Source: Eledone cirrhosa (Eukaryota). From it: DNA of 64,000 bases. The notes under the pieces were generated by a model that was not told where the DNA came from, did not search any database, and saw only the letters and a program-made list of their open reading frames with translations. Positions 13,785 to 24,722 of the stretch are shown here, one piece after another. The number at the start of each line of letters is the position of its first letter. Position 1 is the first letter of the stretch. The position numbers and the translations under genes were made by a program. The stretch covers positions 19,964,001 through 20,028,000 of the forward strand of contig OZ024742.1 in assembly GCA_964016885.1 (NCBI GenBank). The letters run 5' to 3'.

Positions 13785-13980
13785 TAATTGTTTCTACTTT
13801 TGGCACAAGGCCAGCAATTATCCCAGTGCATTACTGGTACTTTATTTTATCGACCCCGTAAGGATGAAAGGCAAAGATAACCTCGGCATGATTTGAACTC
13901 AGGCCATAAAAGGGCCGTAACTCTTTGCTGCAAAGCATGGCGTCAGACGCTCTACCGATACTGCCAATCCACCGCCCTAT
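13785..13980 (-). mobile_element. SINE family A
   Basis: TTGTTTCTACTTTTGGCACAAGGCCAGC...TATCGACCCCGTAAGGATGAAAGGCAAAG...GATTTGAACTC...GCCAATCCACCGCC. Confidence 0.88.
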
Positions 13981-14859
13981 TTCAATAATAATAGGATTTT
14001 ATTAGAATATAATGCTATGTTATATAAGTTTATTTTGAGTCTTCAATAATAAAAAGGGAAGGAATAAAATGATTTCACTATTATTTGGTGGGGGACTGGA
14101 TAGTTTAAGGCTGCCAGTTTAGAGTATTGGGAACCAAGCAACAGGTTTCTAAACATCAGTTAAGTATGCTGTGTTTAATTGAGTATGTAATTACTTGATT
14201 GACGTCATCCGATTGTCGCTATAGAGGGTGTGTTATTATTGAAAATGATACTTAAAGGTGTAGAGAGATAGAGAGAAACAGTTGTATAGATATAACACAG
14301 TGAAGGTGCGTTCTTTGTAAATATTATTTACACGGTGAAAGTTCAGCTGTCGTCAGTATAAATACTGCACTTATATGACATTCAAATAATTTGAACGTTT
14401 AATTTGTTGAATTTTAAGAGCGAGGTACAAGGTCCGAGGAGGGTTAAGTGGCTTAGGTTATTGTTTCATCCTAGAAAATAAGTAAGAGATAATTTTATAC
14501 TTAAGATGTCGGTCTATCGCAGGTAACACGATCTTAGCGAGATTAGATATGAACTGTACTTCTAAAAAAGGCCATGAAACTCCAAAAATATTTTGTCTGA
14601 AGCTTTCATTATTTCTGACACTCCAACACCTCCTCCACCTGAACAATAATATAGGACCAAGGTGGAACGAAGTCCAAGGGACCCGAGAGATTTATATTTA
14701 AAATCATGATGGTGGTGGTAGTGAGACATCAACTATTCAAGGGCTTTTCTTGGCTTTTCTTTTTCAAGCCCGGGCCAATGCACTGGCTGAACCCTGTCTT
14801 ATAGTCTCTGAATAGGACTGGACCTTGAGTAGCAGTTCTGATTTATTTACAAATGCTTA

Positions 14860-15270
14860 AAGTCGATTAAATCGATCCCATGGCGTTACTGGTACTTTAT
14901 GCTATCAATCCCATAAAGATGAAAGGCAAATTTAAACTCAGAGGGATTTGAACTCAGAAGGAAAAGGGCCATAACTCACAGTCGCAAAGCATGATTCTGC
15001 CATTCATGCTCTACCGATTCTGCCATTCCACCACCCTCATAATGATAATAATAATGGTTTCTGATTTAGGCACAAGGTCAGCAATTTTTGGGACAGAGCG
15101 AAAGTCAATTATATCAACCAAGTGCATTACTGGTGCTTTATTTTATCAACCCTGTAAGGATGAAAGGCAAAGCTATTCTCGGTGGGATTTGAACTCAGAT
15201 CGTAAAGGGCTGTAACTTTATGCCCTAAAGCATATTCTCCGACGCTCTACCGATACTTTTAATCCTTCGT
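14860..15270 (-). mobile_element. Two tandem SINE family A copies
   Basis: Two occurrences of ACTGGT.CTTTAT...GATGAAAGGCAAA...GGATTTGAACTCAGA...CTCTACCGAT. Confidence 0.85.
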
Positions 15271-15556
15271 CCTAAAAATATAACGACAATAAACTGGAAA
15301 ATGTGTATTGATCTTACAAAGCTTCACTAAAGACATAAAACATAGCAGATCTTATTCCACTGGCTTCACTCGACCAAATATAAATTCTGCCCAGAAGAAA
15401 TTTACTAAAAGAGTTTGGATAAAATAATTGAGTTTCTTTTATGTTTAAAATAAAGGAAAATGAATGGTTTGAATGAATGAAACTTTTATTCATGGACAAC
15501 AATTTATAGCATTTTATAAGACACTCACACACATACATACATAAACGCACATTGAA

Positions 15557-15612
<56 letters not shown>

Positions 15613-15906
15613 CGTAATCCTGGTATGTGTATATGCATTTTTTCTTCTAACTTTTATTTTATACCTAATTGTGTATGGTTGACGATATATTTAATCGATT
15701 TTCACGTACTATTGAAATCTTGGGTAAATATTCTATAGCGGTTGGTCGCGAATAGATTGCTGTCGTTTATTTATCTACTATTTCTTCATAGGTGCCTTTT
15801 AATCTTATAGCCTGATCTAATTGATTTTTTGTATGGTTAATTATGCTAATTGGGAGAGGAAATGGTGTATATATATTATCAAATGATTCTATGGACATAC
15901 TTTATA

Positions 15907-15945
<39 letters not shown>

Positions 15946-15955
15946 CACATACACA

Positions 15956-15992
<37 letters not shown>

Positions 15993-16047
15993 AACACATA
16001 TACGCATATTGAATTAGATACATAAACAGATAAATAGTCATATATAT

Positions 16048-16265
16048 ATATAACAAGGAGTTGACGGCCACACCATATTTATCAATGCCAGGACCGGTTG
16101 TATCTCGGCGTACTCAATAGGTAATGTAAGATATATTCCCAGAGTATACACATAGTAATTCGCTTCAATACAACACACGTAAAACGGGTGCCTATAATAG
16201 TTCCCGGACTCGAGTTTCGGCCGCACTAATGCAGCAGTAAGGTGCACTGCACCATCTGTCTGCAT
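16048..16265 (-). mobile_element. (TA)n-inserted Penelope-like pLTR fragment with the 3' half of a minimal hammerhead
   Basis: Minus strand reads ...TGCGGCC-GAAAC-TCGA-GTC-CGGG (palindromic tetraloop, GUC triplet). The CUGANGA half is lost at the TA junction. Confidence 0.5.
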
Positions 16266-16321
16266 ATATTATGCAACAATGCACAATCGACTTATGCGGT
16301 TTCATCAGCGGCTATCGCCTA

Positions 16322-16409
<88 letters not shown>

Positions 16410-16614
16410 ATTTCCGTAGGAAAGCTAAAGGAAAAGAGAGTGCTCTATGTAGGCTACAGAGCTTTTTAGTTATGTAATAAACAACATAAGATAATTATTT
16501 CATTTACCAGTGGTTTCTTGAAGACAGATATTTATATCTGTCTTCAGCCGTCAGAACGAATAAAATATATATACATAAAACATATAAAACATAAAACATA
16601 TAAACGAATAAAAA

Positions 16615-16785
<171 letters not shown>

Positions 16786-16957
16786 ATAAAGAATTCATAT
16801 CTAGTAACATATATATACATACAGATGCATATCAATGCTAGCAAATATATAGGTTTTATCTTAATAACAGTGTGGTTCAATGCATGGGGTTGAAGAACAA
16901 TAATATAAGAGACGTAAAATAAGAAAATTATAAAATTAACTTACTTACTAAAATATC

Positions 16958-17040
16958 ACTTCCAACTAATTAGTTTCTGGAATGGAGTAAATATATTTTC
17001 CGAAGAATAATATCGAGAAGCATTCCGTCGTCAGGAAAGT
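16958..17040 (-). ncRNA. Type I hammerhead ribozyme motif (mirror copy)
   Basis: Reverse complement of 17659-17741. Confidence 0.7.
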
Positions 17041-17658
17041 CTATTCTCATGTAAGTTTCCAGGCAAAGCGAGGACACTGGAAACTTATTAAAAAATAATT
17101 CAGTGGATAGGAAATAGCAAAGCGTGGACTGAATTCCAAGCCATTGAGAAAATCACTGCCTCTACGTCTGTGGCAAATTCAAAAAGAATCGAACACGTGA
17201 CATCGAGGTCAATCAGTGGAAAGTGGTTTGCTAATAAGACAGCGGCCTGCCTACAACCGTAGCAGCAGTCATGGCCAATATTGCTCGACAAATAATTTGG
17301 AGATAATAATAAAGAATTCATATCTAGTAACATATATATACATACAGATGCATATCAATGCTAGCAAATATATAGATATGAATTCTTTATTATTATCTCC
17401 AAATTATTTGTCGAGCAATATTGGCCATGACTGCTGCTACGGTTGTAGGCAGGCCGCTGTCTTATTAGCAAACCACTTTCCACTGATTGACCTCGATGTC
17501 ACGTGTTCGATTCTTTTTGAATTTGCCACAGACGTAGAGGCAGTGATTTTCTCAATGGCTTGGAATTCAGTCCACGCTTCGCTATTTCCTATCCACTGAA
17601 TTATTTTTTAATAAGTTTCCAGTGTCCTCGCTTTGCCTGGAAACTTACATGAGAATAG

Positions 17659-17741
17659 ACTTTCCTGACGACGGAATGCTTCTCGATATTATTCTTCGGA
17701 AAATATATTTACTCCATTCCAGAAACTAATTAGTTGGAAGT
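17659..17741 (+). ncRNA. Type I hammerhead ribozyme motif
   Basis: ACTTTC-CTGACGA-C.GGAATG...CATTCC.A-GAAAC-TAATTA-GTT-GGAAGT: stem I ACTTTC/GGAAGT, stem II GGAATG/CATTCC, palindromic stem III ACTAATTAGT, GUU triplet. Confidence 0.75.
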
Positions 17742-17807
17742 GATATTTTAGTAAGTAATTTAATTTTATAATTTTCTTATTTTACGTCTCTTATATATAT
17801 ATATATA

Positions 17808-17975
17808 TAGGAAAAGGGTAAGGACCCGACGGCTGAGCTCGGCCGTTTCGACAGCTAGTTCAGAACTAGCTGTCGAAATGGCCGGAACTCAGCCGTCGGG
17901 GTCCTGACTCTTTTCCTATTACCCACTCTACTACCCACAGTATCGAGTACTCGGGTGCGTTATGGGCCACTAAAA
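17808..17975. mobile_element. (TA)n-inserted hairpin family carrying the hammerhead 3' half; related copies at 7716-7775, 23585-23760, 39158-39375
   Basis: CCCGACGGCTGAGCTCGGCCGTTTCGACAGCTAGTT-CAG-AACTAGCTGTCGAAATGGCC...GCCGTCGGGG followed by the shared tail CCTATTACCCACTCTACTACCC...GAGTACTC. Confidence 0.75.
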
Positions 17976-18146
17976 CTGGTGAGAGAACCAAAGTCAGCAC
18001 TCGATGTTGTGTCAACATTGCTCTGAGGATCAGACAGATTTGAAGTCTGATCTGGGGTGGCGAGTCAGATCACGAGCCAGCTGCTTGAGAAATATTTGTA
18101 ACCAGGATTGAGCAATACATCTCCCATGTACCACCTCCTACTTTGT

Positions 18147-18207
<61 letters not shown>

Positions 18208-18241
18208 TATGGAATACTGTTGGCTTCTTGCTACAATACTT

Positions 18242-18278
<37 letters not shown>

Positions 18279-18497
18279 TTATTAAAATAACAAATTAAAG
18301 TTTAAGCAAATAATCGCTGCTTTCACCCTTAACGGGATCTTCTGATACTAAAAAAAATCATCTTATAAATTTGATATATATTTATCTTTATCGAGTCTTC
18401 TTTGAATTTTAGTCTTCACATTTATTATTATTACTATATATATATATATATAGTGACGAAACATAAGTCAATTGCATGAACTCATAATCCTTTATTT

Positions 18498-18553
18498 ACT
18501 GCTATATATATTTCGATGATAGCCATTGAGTGGCTATGACCTCATCAGGCAGT
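18498..18553 (-). ncRNA. Minimal type I hammerhead ribozyme (Penelope pLTR type) followed by AATAAA
   Basis: Minus: ACTGC-CTGATGA-GGTCATAGCCA.CTCAA.TGGCTATCATC-GAAA-T.ATAT.A-TA-GCAGT-AAATAAA. Lies in a TA-flanked insert at 18452-18735. Confidence 0.85.
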
Positions 18554-19474
18554 TAGTCAGTTCTTAGATATGCCAGCTCTGTGTTTATAGTGTTGATGGT
18601 ATCAGAGCCTTGGGACATATGAGCTTGTTAGGAATAATTTAATGTTGTCAGCAGGAATAATCTTAATTCTCATTGGTCAGTTTGTAGATGCTAGTAGGGT
18701 TGGTATTTGACCTCAAAGAGGCAGGTGGTGTTGTATAATATATATATATATATATATATATATTAATACGGTAATATCTGCACGTGCTACATATATATTT
18801 TTCTATATATATGATATGTTTTATGTATCTTTTATTTTACATATTGCGCTAACTAACTATATGTACTTGCCACTGCTTTTTACGAACTCTTCCTACAACT
18901 TAATTAACAAACTTTATTCTACCTATATAAAGAAAAATGATAGCAAAATTCTTGATATATAAACTGTACATAAACCCATTCAGTGCAATCTAATGACATA
19001 AATCACAAGTAAGCATGGCTTTTTTAAAAATTCCATCTGAATAACATGCCTTTAAATCTTATTGCTTGCTTTTACGCTAAATGTTTTTTTTATAATGTTT
19101 GTTTATTTAACATACCTTGTGAGGTTAAGCCTCATTTATATCTTATTTATTCTATGTAGGTTTCCTAAAGATATATAGTTTGTATGTAACATATATGAAT
19201 GTGACATTGTAACCGCATTGAAACGTGCGTAGAAAGGAAACAATAAATATAATTTCACATCCTTGATATTTTTTCTAAAATTGAATTTTAATGCTCTGCT
19301 ACCGGAACCGTCCTTAACAACAGGATATTTAACTAACGATAACTTAATCGTCCACTTTGAACTCCTGATGAAGTAGGATCTGTAATATGCATAGAGCTTC
19401 TCACATCTTACCAAATAAAATAATGAAGTACTGCACTATAATCACACACACACACACGCACACACGCGCGCGCG

Positions 19475-19528
<54 letters not shown>

Positions 19529-19849
19529 GATATGTATGAGAGAGAGGTTAGAAGAAGAAGAAGAAGAAGAAGAAGAAGAAGAAGAAGAAGAAGAAGAAAA
19601 AGAGAGACTAGTTCAGGGAACATCTGCTGTAATATGTTGACTCAACCTAATTGGCGAAGCTTCAGATACCAAAGTTGCAGATAATTCTAATTTAGTACAG
19701 ATGTTTCGGTTCGTTAATTATACCTTGCTGCTAATTAGAGAAGCAGTCCCAAAATATCAGACCTATTTAGATCCCAGTACCATCTGTATGACATCATAAA
19801 TGTGTGACGTCACAGATGTAGTCCTCTAGATATACTAATATATCTTCAC

Positions 19850-20125
19850 GGCAGAGAGTTACGGCCCTTTAGGCTCTGAATTCAAATCCAACCGAGGTTA
19901 GTTTTGCCTTTCATCCTTACGGGGTCGATACAATAAAGCAACAGTAACGCACTGGGGTCGATTTAATCGACTTTTCCCTTCCTCTAAAATTTGTTGGCCT
20001 TGTGCCTAAATTAGAAACCATTAGAGGTTAACTTTGCCTTTCATCCTTACGGGGTCGATAAAATAAAGTACCAGTAATGCACTGGATAATTGCTGGCCTT
20101 GTGCCAAAAGTAGAAACAATTATTA
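19850..20125 (+). mobile_element. SINE family A with tandemly duplicated 3' half
   Basis: GAGGTTA..TTTGCCTTTCATCCTTACGGGGTCGATA occurs twice, each followed by the GGCCTTGTGCC.AAA.TAGAAAC tail. Confidence 0.85.
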
Positions 20126-20189
20126 TTTTGTTTTTCAATGAACGCGGTTTTTTTAGGGCAATTTTAAATATGGCGGAGCCCATCTCCTT

Positions 20190-20415
20190 TCAGATTTCTT
20201 CCAGAGAAGGACAGAGAGTGGAAGAAAGGAAGTGAATAAGAGATATACAGGAAGAATCGACCAGAGTACTTGACTGGTACTTTTTTTTATCGACCTTCAA
20301 TGTATGAAAGGCAAAGTCGACCTCGGTGAGATTTAAACTCGGTCTACAGAGAGTCGGAACGAATGCTGCAAAACATTCGTTCCAACGTTCTAACGACACT
20401 GCCAATTCGCCGCCT
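20190..20415 (-). mobile_element. SINE family A, alternative-tail subfamily
   Basis: Minus: GGCGGCGAATTGGCAGTGTCGTTAGAACG...CTCTCTGTAGACCGAGTTTAAATCTCACCGAGGTCGACTTTGCCTTTCAT. Confidence 0.8.
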
Positions 20416-20480
20416 ATGGTTTCCGCCTTCACTTCCCACTAAAGAATTCTGAAATGAGAAATTATTGGCTGTGCTGAGAG

Positions 20481-20611
<131 letters not shown>

Positions 20612-21099
20612 AACAGGAGAGGTGGCAAGAGAGAGAAAGATAGATAGATAGATAGTGAGTGAGAGAGTATTTTAAAAGCGAGAATATTTTAATTGAGGGT
20701 GGTTTAGACAGATAAATAAGATTGCTGACCTTTTGAAAAAGTATGAGGAAGAAAGTATAGCCAGTGGTCAGCCAACAAGCGAGACAAGTAGTCAGGTGAG
20801 TTAATTAAAATATAGGAAGGTGAGAGAAGGTAAGATAGTCCGTGTACAGGAGACGGAGAAAGAAAAAAAGTAAGTCTTTATAATGGAGGGTGGTGGTGGT
20901 AGTAGATAGGTGGTAGAGTAATAGAGTAACATTGGTATAGAGGGAGTGGATAATAGAGAGGATGATATAGGAAGAGAGAGGGGGAGGTAAGGGGGAGAGT
21001 AAAAAGGGGGGTAAGAGAGGGAGAGAAATGGGGAGAGAAAGGGAGAGAGAAGGGGGTGAGAAAGGGAGAGTGAAAGGGGGGAAGAAAGGGAGAGGGTAA

Positions 21100-21655
21100 G
21101 AGTAACGAAGCTAAGAAATAACTTTTCAAATATTCAACAGGTAATTTGCAAGAGAAACAAACAAGAAAAAGTTCTCGGCCATCTATAACTATATCTAGGA
21201 TGAAAGAATGGTATTTAACTAATGTACTGGTACGCGATGGGGCCCACCCACAGCCCCGGCGGACAGAATGGAGAAGGCGTTTCCCCGGAGGACGGCAAGG
21301 GAGACGCGCTGGAAAAGCCACTCCAACTCGCGGGGCTCACACCTACGGCTGGCCAGCTCAGCGCTTATGGTGGTGAGTAAGGAGGTCCCTAGGGCCGAGG
21401 ACACCAGAAGTTTCCACTGCCAGGGGAACGACCGCAAACCTGTCGGAGAGCGACCGGTATTTGAGGAGTTTGGCCTCCTCAGCCCGACGTGCAGCAGAAC
21501 CTGGGTCAGTCGCAGACTGCACCAGGTTGCGGCTGCAGAAAGTGTCGGTGCAAGTGGCATCCCAGACGAGGGGTTTGCCACCGCGGAACGAGAAGATGGT
21601 CATGCCATCAGTCCTTTTTCCGTCCCCTCGATCCAGCCCCACCGGCTCGAGCAAC
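21100..21655 (-). mobile_element. CRE-clade non-LTR retrotransposon 3' fragment (restriction-like endonuclease domain)
   Basis: EPVGLDRGDGKRTDGMTIFSFRGGKPLVWDATCTDT...AEEAKLLKY...VVPLAVETSGVLG, frameshift, then WLFQRVSLAVLRGNAFSIL. Confidence 0.85.
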
Positions 21656-22625
21656 AGAGAATGTATGTCTGTGTGTCTGTCTGACTCCCTAAAACTCGAG
21701 AACCACCCAACCGATTTTTTTCAAACTTTACAGACGTAATACTTATGGTCGTATGAGTGTTTTGAGCAAAGAATATTTCAAATTTTCAATGCCCTAGGGA
21801 CGGCATTAGGCTATTTAACGATCTCTCTATAATTCTTAGTCTTTCTTTTTAGATAGATACATAGCTAAGACGTCGCGCCCTTATAATATCTGTCTGTATA
21901 TCTGGCTGTCTGCATTATGACATTATGATGCTATATGTGTGTGTATATATATATATGTATATATAGTGTGTGTATATATATATATAGTGCGTAACGTTTT
22001 TCGAAATATTTACTTCTGCGTTCACAGATTGATTTTTTTAGTTTCAGAAGATCCCGTTAAGGGTGAAAGCAGCGATTCTTTGCTTAAACTTTAATCTGTT
22101 ATTTTAATAAATATATATATATATATATATATATATTCGTGTACATATATTTTTGCATACACAATAACAAAATATAAACAAACGTATTTATTTCACGAGG
22201 CTCGACAGCAGCAAAAAACAAAACAAAAAATAGAGGGAACGCAATTACATGCTTTTGAAAAAATTTTATGGAAAATGATTTGCCTATTCACCCAAGGCGA
22301 CTTCACTTTTTATTAGGACTTCTAATCAATTGGTGAACATACGACGAAACTGTTTCAGAAAGAACGGATAGACATGTCAATCTATGTTTGGAATCCCGAG
22401 CAGCGCCCGCCATTCTGTTAGTATAATATAAAAGAGAGATGTTTATTGGTTGGATGGTTGGTTGGTGGGCTGGTTGGTTGGTTGGTTGGCTGGTTGGCTG
22501 GTTGGTTGGTTGGTTGGTTGGTTGGTCGGTTGGTTGGTTGGTTGGTTGGTTGGTTGGTTGGTTGGTTGGTTGGCAGGTTGGTTTGTCGGTTGGTTGGTCG
22601 GTTGGTTGGTTGAATCGCACGAAAA

Positions 22626-22692
<67 letters not shown>

Positions 22693-22763
22693 CACACACA
22701 TCTAAAGAAAGAGACACACAGAGGGAGAGGCAGAAAGAGAGAGATAGGCCGTTATACAGAGAG

Positions 22764-22817
<54 letters not shown>

Positions 22818-23315
22818 GAAGCTGGAAATAGCACGGAAAATATATTTTAGGGTCTGTTTTTCTTTATCCTTTCTTTGATTCGTCAAAGTAACATTATTGA
22901 AAAAATGAGAAGGACAATTCTTTAAAAAAAAAGTTTTATAATGTATATAAAGTATATAAAGTATATAAAGTATATAGAGTATATAAAGTATATAATGTAT
23001 ATAAAGTATATAAAGTATATAAAGTATATAATGTATATAAAGTATATAAAGTATATAGAGTATTACCGGTTTCGATGTATTAGTAAAATTCATCTTATCA
23101 AATATTGAGTGTTACATTTAAAAAAAATTAATAAGAATTAATAGGAGTTAAAAACTAAAAATTAAAGATTTAAAATTAAAATCAAGTGTTGGAGTAAGTT
23201 TGTTTCCATCTTTCTTGCTCAAAATTTGGCTGGAGAATGAGTTCTTGTTAATAGAGAGGTGGTAGTGAAGATAGGCTATATATATATATAATTCAAAATA
23301 TAGAAGACTATATAT

Positions 23316-23427
23316 TTATATAATTCAAAATTCACTAAGACCAAGGATTAGTATTATTATTGTTATCTATTTACTATAAATAATAATAATGCTAATCCTT
23401 GGCCTTATTGAATTTTGAATTATAAAT
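23316..23427. repeat. AT-rich hairpin (~110 bp)
   Basis: ATAATTCAAAATTCA.TAAG.CCAAGGATTAG.ATTATTATT pairs with AATAATAATGCTAATCCTTGGCCTTATTGAATTTTGAATTAT. Confidence 0.75.
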
Positions 23428-23537
23428 GTTCTGTTTCTATAACTGTTGAACGAATGGTAAAAATGTGCTTTGAGCTTAACTCACCTTACCAATGAAAATA
23501 GTGAACTATTACAACACTATACTTTATATATATATAC

Positions 23538-23584
<47 letters not shown>

Positions 23585-23586
<2 letters not shown>

Positions 23587-23757
23587 CGAAGGAATTGTGG
23601 TAAGGAACCAGATGGACCATAACGCACCAAAGTACTCAATACTTAGGGTAGTAGAGTGGGTAATAGGAACAAGTATAACCCCGACGGCAGAGCTCAAGCC
23701 GTTTCGAAATAGCCGTCGAAACGGCTTGAGCTCTGCCGTCGGGGTCATACTTGTTCC

Positions 23758-23760
<3 letters not shown>
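23585..23760 (-). mobile_element. (TA)n-inserted hairpin family copy (hammerhead 3' half)
   Basis: CCCCGACGGCAGAGCTCAAGCCGTTTCG...CGAAACGGCTTGAGCTCTGCCGTCGGGG; same tail as 39290-39375. Confidence 0.8.
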
Positions 23761-23798
<38 letters not shown>

Positions 23799-23964
23799 AT
23801 ATGCATATATATGTGTGTGTGTATGTATATATATGCATATATATGTGTGTGTGTATATACATATATATGTGTGTGTGTATATACATATATATATGTGTGT
23901 GTGTGTGTTTATACATATATATATATATATACACACTCAGCGTGACACAGAATGTGACAAGTAT

Positions 23965-24092
23965 GGTCCAGCTAATAACATCTACATCTCATTTTTGACA
24001 GCTGAGTGAACTGGAGCAACGGGAAATAAAGTGTCTTGCTCAAGGGCACAGTGCGCTGTCGGGAATCGAACTCATGACTTTATGATATTGAG
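23965..24092 (-). mobile_element. SINE family B fragment
   Basis: CAGCTGAGTGAACTGGAGCAACGGGAAATAAAGTGTCTTGCTCAAG...GGGAATCGAACTC. Confidence 0.75.
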
Positions 24093-24341
24093 ATAAGATT
24101 TCTATATAAGAATGTACATATTTTAACATCCTGTTGTTCTTTGTTTAAAGGTGGTGGGGTCATAGTATCATGAAGTTATTGGGTCGTGGGCTCACATATT
24201 CCTGGAATCATGGGGGCATTTCCAGGGAGTTGCTTCGTGGTCGCAATTCTTCGCTCAATTAGATGGGACTCCGGATTAAAGAGTCCCCATGATACTACTA
24301 CTACTACTACCACTACCACTACTACCATACTACTACTACCA

Positions 24342-24406
<65 letters not shown>

Positions 24407-24722
24407 ATAATAATAATAATAATGATTTCTTTATTGACCACAAGGGCTGACATCAAGAAAAACATTACAGACGGCACAGGACGGTAAAGGACGGTACGAT
24501 GTGGGTTTTGTGCGTGTAAATATTTTTATTATTATATAAGAAAAGAAAAAAAAAGGACATAGAAACATATATATATATAAACAATAAAAATGAAAATTGA
24601 AACAATGAAAAATTCCCCAATAGGGGGGAAACCTCCGAGGGTTACTCGTGGCGAAAACCACACAAAAGACCACGGCCACCCTGACCACCAGGGCAAGCGC
24701 CCTCTCTCAATTTTTCCATCTC

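Noticed and set aside
19350-19430. CTGATGA followed by a GTAGGAT/ATCTTAC hairpin
   Set aside because: GAAA core and stem III are absent; at best a decayed motif.
22040-22085. Hammerhead in the 6170/18274/22030 family (CAGAAGA-TCCC.GTTAA.GGGT-GAAAG)
   Set aside because: U4 is replaced by A in all three copies and no stem I pairing is evident; not supportable without a consensus.
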